A stretch of 64,000 nt of DNA from Minutocellus sp. GHC0000111. Taxonomy: Eukaryota. The stretch is from contig OZ361259.1 of assembly GCA_977018835.1 (NCBI GenBank), positions 2,542,001 through 2,606,000 of the forward strand. The letters run 5' to 3'. The notes below the pieces were generated by a model. The model was given only the letters and a program-made list of their open reading frames with translations. It made no database searches and had not been told where the DNA came from. A program made the translations under genes and the position numbers. Positions 22,237 through 31,225 of this stretch are shown here, piece by piece (the stretch's first letter is position 1; every line of letters begins with the position of its first letter).

Positions 22237-23238
22237 TCAGTCTATAGCATTATCTCTCGGCCAACGAGCTAGGAAGATACAATCTGAACCTATCCCAGGA
22301 ACGAACTCACAATCAGAACTTTCAAAGTCAAAGTTGCACCACGGTATTACCCCCTCCCCTCTTGATCTATAGCCCCCAAAAGCATTTAACCCAATATCTC
22401 CGCCTATCAATTTTGGAGCGACCGTAACGCAGACGCAATGTGCAAGCCCCCTGTTGGCAAACGCAGTCAATACCGATGCCCCACCCTCGACCATGACGCT
22501 ACAAATACCTCTTCGCTCCCTCAATTGCAACAAAACATCTTCCAGATCCAGCCCTCTCCCTTTGGCTTCTCGTCTACATGGTAGAATATCCACTCCAGAA
22601 ATAATACCACTATCAGTTCGATCTTTCATCGCTTCAAACGCATCTTGAGCACAGCAGATGATTGGATTCTGTGCCCGAATATCGCAAGCTTTGTCTCTCT
22701 GTATTCTCAACAAACTCTTAAGCTCCGTATCTAAAATCACCGGCCTCGGCTGATGCACATGTTTCACCTCACCATTGCCATCACTTCTTGGCCACATTCT
22801 CACATTCAGTCTCGGATTGTCCACCGCGAATGTAGTACCACCAACCAAGACAGCATCATGGATGGATCGCAACCCATGCGTCAACCGAAGGGACGACTTT
22901 CCGCTCAGCGGAAGGTTGGACGATGTTTCACCAGTGTCAGAATCGATAACTGCGACGCACCCGTCCAAACTTTGCGCGTATGTTAGTGTAACAAATGATT
23001 TCTTGGCATCACGATCCTGGCTGTGGCCGTACACATCTTGTTGCCAAGTCTGAATTTTGGACAAAACATAAACAATCACATCATCTTCGGTCGACGATTG
23101 GCTTCTCATGTCATGTACTGCTGAACCCAATACAGGCGATTGACCAGCACCAGCACCAGCACCAGCAGAGACGCCTATGGTATCCGACAACACCAGCAGC
23201 GCTGCCACCCACTGGCAAACGAGCGCCATTTTGGCCAT
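22237..23238 (-). CDS. RIB7: RibD C-terminal (Rib7-type) pyrimidine reductase of riboflavin biosynthesis, with N-terminal signal peptide
   Basis: FVTLTYAQSLDG, LTHGLRSIHDAVLVGGTT..VDNPRLNVR, QPRPVILD, SVMVEGGASV, VTVAPKLIGG. Hydrophobic N-terminus LVCQWVAALLVLS. Confidence 0.88.
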   Translation of the reverse strand: MAKMALVCQWVAALLVLSDTIGVSAGAGAGAGQSPVLGSAVHDMRSQSSTEDDVIVYVLSKIQTWQQDVYGHSQDRDAKKSFVTLTYAQSLDGCVAVIDSDTGETSSNLPLSGKSSLRLTHGLRSIHDAVLVGGTTFAVDNPRLNVRMWPRSDGNGEVKHVHQPRPVILDTELKSLLRIQRDKACDIRAQNPIICCAQDAFEAMKDRTDSGIISGVDILPCRREAKGRGLDLEDVLLQLRERRGICSVMVEGGASVLTAFANRGLAHCVCVTVAPKLIGGDIGLNAFGGYRSRGEGVIPWCNFDFESSDCEFVPGIGSDCIFLARWPRDNAID

Positions 23239-23380
23239 TTATGGTGGAATCGAGTTGAGATGAGTTGAGTTGACACGCGCGGCCCAAACTGAAAGTGGAA
23301 GTGAGAAAGTGAGAAAGTGAAAAGAAACCCGGAGAAAATCTGTATCCATAATTCAACGCCTCCTCTCACTTTCGAGAACC

Positions 23381-24214
23381 ATGAGCTCCAGCAGCAGCGG
23401 CTGGAAGAGCGCCAACCCGCCCGTGTCGCCCCAGAAGGGCAGACGGGTTCGCGATAAGATTGAAACATCACCCTCAAGCAGGGCAAAGTGCCAGCGATGC
23501 GACCAAAAGATTGCCAAGGGAGAAGAAAGAGTTGGAATTCAAGCAAAAGTCGAAGTAGAAGGGCTTAAATTCCAACCTTGGCAGCTCAAGTACTACCATG
23601 CTCATTGCGTTTCGGAGGGCACCAAGAGAATGCTGTTCCTGGAGGATAGTACTGCCGCCACTGGAAATAATGCCACCGTCAAAAAGGAGAAGAAAGCGGC
23701 AGCAAAGAAGACGGCCAGACCCAAAGCGGTATCTAATGGTGGTCACAACAAGTTGACACCCAAGATGCGCCGAGACCTGGAACGCGACCTCCGCGAGGTC
23801 CGTCGCTGCTTCGCTGTAGAGCAGGACTGCGAGGATCGTGTTTACAAGATATTCCAGAATAAGTGTCTTGATGAGTTGGTCGCGAACCTCCCTCAAAACC
23901 AGGCCGAATTGCTCAAGTGCTGGGGCATCGGAAGGAAGCGCGCTCAGCAATACGGCAGCACAATCCTGGCAACAATTCGTCCTTACTTGGCTAGTTCCAG
24001 GGCTGCTGGTACTCGTACTCCACAGAGAGCTGCCAATGCGGTTCGCCCCTCGGTGGCAGCTGCAGCGTCATCTGCCGCTGCTCGGGCAAATGTCGTCGTC
24101 GATGATAGCGACGACGATATTGTCGCTGGCCCAACACTCTCTGTTGAGGAGCTTGTCAAGAAGCGCATGGAAGAGGCCAGGGCCAGAGGAGAAGAATTTG
24201 AGATTTTGGATTGA
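23381..24214 (+). CDS. PARP-type zinc finger + HRDC domain protein
   Basis: SPSSRAKCQRCDQKIAKGEERVG...YYHAHC is a zf-PARP CxxC...HxxC motif. LREVRRCFAVE...YKIFQNKCLDELVANLPQNQAELLKCWGIGRKRAQQYGSTILATI is an HRDC motif. Confidence 0.85.
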   Translation: MSSSSSGWKSANPPVSPQKGRRVRDKIETSPSSRAKCQRCDQKIAKGEERVGIQAKVEVEGLKFQPWQLKYYHAHCVSEGTKRMLFLEDSTAATGNNATVKKEKKAAAKKTARPKAVSNGGHNKLTPKMRRDLERDLREVRRCFAVEQDCEDRVYKIFQNKCLDELVANLPQNQAELLKCWGIGRKRAQQYGSTILATIRPYLASSRAAGTRTPQRAANAVRPSVAAAASSAAARANVVVDDSDDDIVAGPTLSVEELVKKRMEEARARGEEFEILD

Positions 24215-24399
24215 TTTGTCAATCTTTGGGCTAATTTTGCCCATCTTGCGTTGTTAAAATACATAGTTACGTACTTTAGAACTTGTATGAAGACATGCTT
24301 CTAGTCTATATATAGCGACCTCGTAGGTAGAAGTAGTGCCGCGACATGTTTCGAATCAATTCATTGCAATTATCACTCATAAGTAAAAGTCAAGTTAAG

Positions 24400-25633
24400 T
24401 TATTGATACAACCTTATCAACTCGTCTGAGACGGCACTGGGAGTCAATACGCCGAGATCCGTGAATAGAAGAGTGATATATTTTGCCGGTGTGTAATCGC
24501 ATGGCGGGTTCTTAATCTTGATTTGATTCGGCTTGAATTGTACAACACCTGGAACGCTCGATGCATCCACCTTGCCATATTCACCAGTGCTTACGGCAGC
24601 TGCTGGCTTACCGACTAGTCCACCCGTCATCTCCCATGAGGCGGTATCTACAAAGTTCAGTTTGGCTGCAGGTCCCATCGGGGGAAGATCAGACTGATTC
24701 AGAGGATAAAGCCGAGCGAACTTGTACGACTCCGCCGCCACATAGAATGGCTTGCCCAGTTCCCGTGCGGCGATGCCCATCCCATACGTTCCCATCTTGT
24801 TCACGATGCCACCATTCTCCACAACTCCCTCGGCACCAACAATGACCAAGTCCACGCTCTCCATGGCATAAGCCATGGCAGAATCCAGCACCACCGTCGT
24901 GGGGATGCCTGCATCGGCATAGACCTTGGCCGCCTTGGCACCGGCAGCGTCAGGCCGTCCCTCCAACACCACAATGCTAAAGTGTCTGTGCTCTGCCGCC
25001 TTCACCAGCAGGTTGGAAACAACACGTGACCAACCATGCGTCAGGACAGTCTGGCCGTCCTGAATGAAGGCCTGACCGACCTCGGCAATCCGATCGCGTG
25101 CCGCCAGGGAAATGCCAGCGAAACGCTCTCCTCGTTCCAGCACCTGAGCGATACAGGCAGCAAAGCCCGGTAGCTCCAAATATGCTCGCGTTACGTATCT
25201 GAAACGGCAAAAATGTCTCATGTTAGAGAGGATTACAACGCAATGCAAATGAATAATTAAGTCAAATATAAATCACCACGACGACTCACTTCATGAACAA
25301 CTCGCAACCGGACGCCAGCGCGATGTGACTGCGCCCACCCAAAAGCTGCAGGCTGCCGGGATTCTCCGTCGCGAACGTCATCATCTCCTCGGTGGCACCC
25401 CGCAGTTCCTCCTGCAATCCCATCATGGTGGTGGCCTTGGACCGCTGGATGACCCCCAGCAAACTTTTGATGGCCGCCACCGGCAGGGCGACGGCGGTCC
25501 GATGCTCCGTGGGAGAAGCCGCCGATGTGCTACTGCTACTGCTGCCCTGCCCTTCGGCACCAGACCCCGTCAGGTGCCGACGAAGGTCCTGCAGGACGGG
25601 AGAGTCGTCGATCATGGCGGCGTCGGAGCTCAT
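24400..25633 (-). CDS. EIF2B1: Translation initiation factor eIF2B alpha subunit. Exons 25633..25290 and 25198..24400
   Basis: VALPVAAIKSL...TTMMGL...ALASGCELFMK/YVTR; VLTHGWSRVV, VIVGAEGVVENGGIVNKMGT, PFYVAAESYKFARLYPLNQSDL, CDYTPAKYITLLFTDLGVLTPSAVSDELIRLY. GT..AG intron 25289..25199. Confidence 0.95.
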
Positions 25634-25740
25634 ACTCTGCGTCGCTTTGCTTTGCCCTCGAGTACGAAAAATGAGTCGGTCGCCGGAGCCGAGGGCCGAG
25701 GGCGGTAGCAAAATGCTCTGTCTGTCGTCCGTCTATTTCG

Positions 25741-26730
25741 GTGACGGACAGAGCACGTGCTGAGAACCAAAGGACTTTGAGATTGTTCAATGTGGTCAAC
25801 ATCGACTCCGTCGTTAGTGCCGGTGGGACCATGCTCAGTGCCGTCCAGAATCAGGATGGTCTGTCCGAGAGCAATCGTAGGGCAATGGAGGATGCCGCCG
25901 CTGGAAGGACGAGGGTAAGACATATGTGCTGGTGTGATATTGCGAAAAACAAATGCATGATACATATGCTATTACATGCGCGGTTTTCATGGTGGCCATG
26001 TCTCACAAATTATATCTCATCAATATTTATTCTACAGATCGACCCTGCCCAAGCTTCTCTTGCCGCGGCTCGCCGTGCATTCTTGCCGCCATTCGATGAG
26101 ACTGCTCAGCAGCCTCACAAAGTCTTTAGTGCCCGCGAGATTGCCGAGGATGACCTTTGGGGTAATGTGTCCCGCGTGACGGATGCCGTAACGAAGAAGG
26201 AGGGAGACTGGCGGGACAATTTGACCAGCCGAGGATTTTGGTTCAAGTCCATCAAGAAGCTGTTGAATGGTATTCACCTCGAGGACAGATCGGCGTCGAC
26301 CCAAATTAAGACGGCAATTCTTCTCAATGGTATGATGAAGTTTCACCAGAATGCCAATAAATCCTTCTTTTATGGCACACCAGAAGAGCTGGCCAAAAAG
26401 TTTGCCATCTCCAATGATATGGCGCCGAGATTTCTCGAATTGTTTGCCGTGAAGACCAACGATCGTGGAAAGGATGGATACAGCATTACCAAACCGCTCA
26501 AGGATAAGAGGATGGTCCATCTTCTCATCCTATACCTGCTGGCGCACGGGAGGGATATGAAGGTGCCGAGTATTGATATGTTCTGCAATGATTTGCAGTT
26601 GGAGGTGAACATCGCCAGTATGCTCCTTCGCGAGGCCGGCTGCAATGTGAACAAAACCAAGGGAGGAACGAGCGTTTCGCTCAAGGCGCCGATCAACTTC
26701 CCCCCTCCTCGTCGTGGAAAGAGACCTTAG
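25741..26730 (+). CDS. RNA polymerase I subunit A49-like (RPA49/POLR1E) C-terminal half; 5' part apparently missing; intron 25915..26037
   Basis: LPPFDETAQQPHKVFSAREI..., then LLILYLL...DLQLE..IASMLLREAGC...VSLKAPINFP.PRR, typical of the A49 tandem winged-helix C-terminus. No convincing N-terminal half. Confidence 0.65.
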   Translation: MTDRARAENQRTLRLFNVVNIDSVVSAGGTMLSAVQNQDGLSESNRRAMEDAAAGRTRVRHMCWCDIAKNKCMIHMLLHARFSWWPCLTNYISSIFILQIDPAQASLAAARRAFLPPFDETAQQPHKVFSAREIAEDDLWGNVSRVTDAVTKKEGDWRDNLTSRGFWFKSIKKLLNGIHLEDRSASTQIKTAILLNGMMKFHQNANKSFFYGTPEELAKKFAISNDMAPRFLELFAVKTNDRGKDGYSITKPLKDKRMVHLLILYLLAHGRDMKVPSIDMFCNDLQLEVNIASMLLREAGCNVNKTKGGTSVSLKAPINFPPPRRGKRP

Positions 26731-27542
26731 AGCAAATAATAAACATTTGCAGTTGCAGTTGCAGTTGAGCCCCCACTGATTGCACGTACAGTTCTGTAGA
26801 TCCATTTAGATCTACTGCTTGCTGCTGCCGCTCTCTCTCCCCTCATAACATTAGAAATCAGCGTGTGAACACGGTACCGGCAGATTGTGCATGTTAGTCC
26901 ACTAGCTATTAGTACGTAGTAGATCTTGATTCCACACGTAGTCGGTGCCAGTCTGCTGTCCTTCTCACCACTTCGTAGTAGATTCTAATCAGCACGAAGT
27001 GCCCTCGGAGAGCATATATAATGGCGCCCACTCGCTTCCTCTCTGACCCAATTTCCTCTGCACATATGGGAAAATTCGGGGTCTTGAAAATCTGCTGGAG
27101 CCAGCAGCAAGCAAAGTGCCCGCCACAAGATGAGAATCAGAAGCCGCGAATTTCATTGTAGCAGCAGCAGCGAAGATCGAAGTTAGTGGGATCGAAAAGC
27201 AGTAATAAAGAAGAGCAATTAGAAGAAGAAAAATCACCATGTTGGTAGTATCTGGCGCTGTAAGGCCGGCACGGGTAGCTATCTGCCGTTCATTGGCGGC
27301 GACGCTTCCCAAAGCTTGCGGGGGCAGATTTGCATGTCACGCAACATCTCTGAGAACTTACGGTAGCAGCCCAGTGAGTACTTATGAGCATTCCGGTGTT
27401 GTGCGCGTAGTAATTTGGATCCTTTGCCCACATTGTCTTACCTGCTAACTTTTCTTTACGTACTTCTGTTATTTCTTGCGCGCTTGCGGCTCTCTGGACC
27501 CTTGCCACATTATTTTCCCTCATATCTCGCTTATAGACGAAA

Positions 27543-27923
27543 ATGGATTCAAAGAACAACGACGATGACATTCATGCTGGCTTCGAGATACGCTTTCCTA
27601 CCCACACTTGGATCGACGAAGAAGTCACAAAAATCAAGAAGTATGCGGCCGAAAGAAAGGCCAAACCTGTCGTCAATGATGATGACATCCACGCCGGCTT
27701 CGAGATGAGCAACCAAAAACCAAAGTTTGGACGACGACAAGAAAATTCTGCGCGTGTTGAAACCAAGATGGAGTGTAGATCTAAAGTCGATACATTTGTC
27801 ACAATTCTCATGATAACGATGTTCGCTGTCGTAGCTACTACAATGTACGTAGCTACCATAGTAGTAGTACCGGTGGCCCAGGCTCCTCCTCCTCCACCAC
27901 CACCACCATCGCGTTGTTGTTGA
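27543..27923 (+). CDS. Small hypothetical membrane protein with a duplicated NDDDIHAGFE motif, one TM segment and a poly-Pro tract
   Basis: The two copies of the 10-codon motif (27558..27587 and 27675..27704) differ only by synonymous changes. Hydrophobic stretch FVTILMITMFAVVATTMYVATIVVV. Confidence 0.55.
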   Translation: MDSKNNDDDIHAGFEIRFPTHTWIDEEVTKIKKYAAERKAKPVVNDDDIHAGFEMSNQKPKFGRRQENSARVETKMECRSKVDTFVTILMITMFAVVATTMYVATIVVVPVAQAPPPPPPPPSRCC

Positions 27924-28139
27924 AAGCTTGGATAGATCCACTCCCCAATGAGAAAGTCTTTTTCGACCGTTTAGGGACAAAAAGCTCTCTTCCGCCGCAA
28001 GCCAACCAAAACCCAAGCGACATCGACACACCACTTTGTTCTTCGGCCGAGGAAGAGAATAGCATTCCTTCCTTCTTTGTGCCATATCCCACCCACAATT
28101 ACTACACAACTTGTAACATAAGCACACATTTGCACAACA

Positions 28140-30011
28140 ATGGTTTCCGACGACAAGCCCTCTGAAGCCGCTATCAAGGCCGGCAAGAAGATCCTCAAGA
28201 GGCAGGATTCCGGCGGCTCCATGAAGCTTAAGGCGCTGGCCAAGGAGGTGGCCACCAAGATCGATCACGATTGTCACAAGACGGTCAAGAAGTGGATCAA
28301 GAAGAGCGACAAGTTCGACGTCAGTGAGTGCGGCAAGCACGTGTCGCTCGCGGGCAGCGGCGATGCCGAGAAGAAGGAGCTCAAGAGGAAGCGCAGTAGC
28401 CTCGGCGGCAATGGAAGTAGCGGCGACGATGCCGACAATATGTCGTCGAGCTCGAGCAAGAAGTCCAAGAAGGACAAGAAGCAGAAGAAGGAGAAGCAGA
28501 GCAGTAGCTCCACACCCGCTGTTGCCTCGGGATCGGCCCTCGACAGCAGCAACGTCGATCAGTGGCGGAAGGAACAGAAGATCGTCCTCATGGACGCCCA
28601 CGACGACGAGGACGGCAAAAAGGCGACAAAGGTCGTCAATGCCAACAAGGCCTACTACCCGTATTCCACCTTTGACGCTCCGGGCTGCGTGGCCGAGATC
28701 GACCCCATTCTCCTCAAGCAGTGTACCCAGGTCAACAAGTTCGTCAAGCCTAGCCCTATCCAGGCTCAGTGCTGGCCGGTCCTTCTGCACAGCGGAGACG
28801 ATGGCAAGCGCAGGGATATCGTTGGCATTGCCGAGACGGGCAGTGGCAAGACTCTGGCCTTTGCCATGCCCGCTTTGACTGCCATGCACAAGAAGGACGG
28901 CGGCAGCCACAAGAAGTCCAAGGGCCGCTCCCCCCGTATGCTGGTGCTTGCTCCCACCCGAGAGCTGGCCATGCAGGTCCAGCAAGTTTTGGACGAGTAT
29001 GGCTCCACCGTCAATCTCAAATCGTTGGTCATTTACGGTGGCGTGCCGAAATACGAGCAGAAGAACGAGCTTCGCAAGGGTGTGGACTGCATCGTCGCCA
29101 CCCCCGGTAGGCTAAAGGATCTTATCAGCGAGAATGCCGTCGATTTGAGCAATGTGTCGCAGCTTGTGCTCGATGAGGCCGATAGAATGTTGGACATGGG
29201 CTTCGAAGAGGATGTGAGGTTCATCATTGGCGAGACCAAGGACAAGGAGGAGCGCCAGACGGCCATGTTTTCCGCCACTTGGCCCGCTGTCATCCAGAAG
29301 ATTGCCTTTGAATACCTCGTCAACCCCATCCGCGTTTACGTCGGATTCGAATCCATTGTCGGTAGCAACGGCGAGAATGCCATTGACGATTCTCTCTCCG
29401 CCAACAAGCGTGTTACCCAGACCGTCGAGGTCATTGAGGACCGTGCCCGTGACGCACGTCTTCGTCAGCTCCTTCAGAAGTACCACGGTAGCCGCGACAA
29501 CCGCGTCCTCATCTTTGCCCTCTACAAGAAGGAGGCCGAGCGCCTCGAATATCAGCTCAAGCGCGACGGCTGGAACTGCACGAGTATCCACGGCAACAAG
29601 GCCCAGGATGCCCGTACCCGAGCCCTGGAGGAGTTCAAGAGTGGCAGATGTCCTCTCATGGTGGCTACCGATGTTGCTGCTCGCGGCCTTGATATCCCCA
29701 ATGTCGAGGTGGTGCTCAATTTTACCTTTCCTCTAACCATTGAGGACTATGTCCATCGCATCGGCCGTACTGGCCGCGCTGGCAAGACTGGCATTAGCTA
29801 TACCTTTTTCCAGACCGGCGATAAGAGCCACGCCGGTGAGTTGCAGCAGGTCATGAAGCAGGCTGGACAGAAGGTACCAGATGAGTTGATGAAATTCGGC
29901 AGCACGATCAAGAAGAAGGAGCACAAGCTGTACGGTAACTTTGGACCGAGAGGCGGAGAACCAATGAAGAAGGCTACGAAAATTACGTTCGCCGACAGTG
30001 ACGACGAATGA
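28140..30011 (+). CDS. DBP3: DEAD-box RNA helicase Dbp3 (rRNA processing)
   Basis: PSPIQAQCWP, AETGSGKT, LAPTRELA, VLDEADRMLDMGFE, FSATWP, LSANKRVTQTVEV, HRIGRTGRAG, and the Dbp3-type C-terminus KFGSTIKKKEHKLYGNF...KATKITF. Confidence 0.95.
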   Translation: MVSDDKPSEAAIKAGKKILKRQDSGGSMKLKALAKEVATKIDHDCHKTVKKWIKKSDKFDVSECGKHVSLAGSGDAEKKELKRKRSSLGGNGSSGDDADNMSSSSSKKSKKDKKQKKEKQSSSSTPAVASGSALDSSNVDQWRKEQKIVLMDAHDDEDGKKATKVVNANKAYYPYSTFDAPGCVAEIDPILLKQCTQVNKFVKPSPIQAQCWPVLLHSGDDGKRRDIVGIAETGSGKTLAFAMPALTAMHKKDGGSHKKSKGRSPRMLVLAPTRELAMQVQQVLDEYGSTVNLKSLVIYGGVPKYEQKNELRKGVDCIVATPGRLKDLISENAVDLSNVSQLVLDEADRMLDMGFEEDVRFIIGETKDKEERQTAMFSATWPAVIQKIAFEYLVNPIRVYVGFESIVGSNGENAIDDSLSANKRVTQTVEVIEDRARDARLRQLLQKYHGSRDNRVLIFALYKKEAERLEYQLKRDGWNCTSIHGNKAQDARTRALEEFKSGRCPLMVATDVAARGLDIPNVEVVLNFTFPLTIEDYVHRIGRTGRAGKTGISYTFFQTGDKSHAGELQQVMKQAGQKVPDELMKFGSTIKKKEHKLYGNFGPRGGEPMKKATKITFADSDDE

Positions 30012-30096
30012 TTTTCTGATTGTCGAATTGCGCAATGTTTTGTTCGTTTTACGAATCTTGTAAAATAGTACCTTCATTTACAACTCAACTTAGCAA

Positions 30097-30860
30097 TTAT
30101 CGATACAAACAAAAGGGAGCGGAATTAAGCATGCCATCTCGCACATAGACACCACTCCATTTCATGCAGCCCAGTCCCAATAAAACTTCTCCATTCTTCC
30201 TTCCCTTTATCGGCAACACTCGTATCTCATCTCTCATAGAATGCCAGGGTGATAATCGATTTTGGTGATTGGCATATTGTAACACCAATGCCTTGCCGCT
30301 TGCATCCAATTTGCTTGCTTGTACCCGACAATCAAATTTGTGCTCATATTGTACTTTCTTGTTGCTCTCGTCATTGCTTTGCTCTTTGGGAGGAAGCGAT
30401 TGATGCCCCCACTTTCACCAGCACGAAACGCCTTGCCGTTCCATTTGTCAAAATTACGTCCAAACAGTGCATCGGTCAAGAACTCCGATATCTTTGTCAT
30501 GAGTAGGCCATTGTTGTCGAGCAGCACTCCGTTCCAATCGCCATCTACCGATTTCATGTTCTGCGCTGGCGCCTCGCAGTTCATCCATAGCTCGATTAAT
30601 TCGGAACGGCGTAGCCGCTGCAGGTCAGATACGACATCATCGACCGATTTGTTGGGTGGGGCGCATACTTTGCCATCGGTGGAGGAAATGTACTGTTCGA
30701 GGATTGGGCTTTGGCGACCGGTAGCGGTACGACTGTTGGCGGGTGCGGGCTGCTGGCGGTGCTGGTTCTGAGCAATGCGAAAGGATTGGTACATATTAAT
30801 GCCAGAGCTGCCGCCGAGAGCGGCAATGGTACCCCCAAGCAAGGCTGATATTATCTGCAT
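30097..30860 (-). CDS. Hypothetical protein; 1-nt frameshift at the C-run near 30388..30390
   Basis: MQIISALLGG...DGDWNGVLLDNNG...WNGKAF...GINRF joins, with one added C, EHKFDCRVQASKLD..KALVLQYA...PWHSMRDEIRVL...VLLGLGCM...NSAPFCLYR*. Confidence 0.7.
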
Positions 30861-31225
30861 GACCGATCTCGGGAAGTTATTACTGATTGTGGGCGTCCTC
30901 GCCGCGTCATTCGGCCCACGCCCAGAGTTCTGCAGAGAGAAACGACGAAACCATGAAAAAGACCCGGAGATTAGCACCGCTTCTCCTCGCCTCGCGCTTC
31001 TCGCGCGTTCATTTCCCACCGACGCCGACGAGCTACCCTCGGCAACTCTTTGTGCGTGCGCAAGTGCTACCCAGAGTACCACCGGCCGACCCTCTCCTCT
31101 CGTTCACCTGAGCGGGATATATCATCAGGTCCCCGACTGCCTCGAAGCGTGTTCCTGTTTTGGCGCGCAAACATCCGCACGCAAATTCGTCCACACTATC
31201 CGGACCGCCCGCCCGCCGCTTGGCC

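Noticed and set aside
26760..27500. Short ORFs between the RPA49-like gene and the small membrane protein
   Set aside because: No motifs, coding bias or consistent splice model could be identified.
27549..28985. 478-aa minus-strand ORF over DBP3
   Set aside because: Antisense shadow of a strongly biased gene, with no recognisable motifs.
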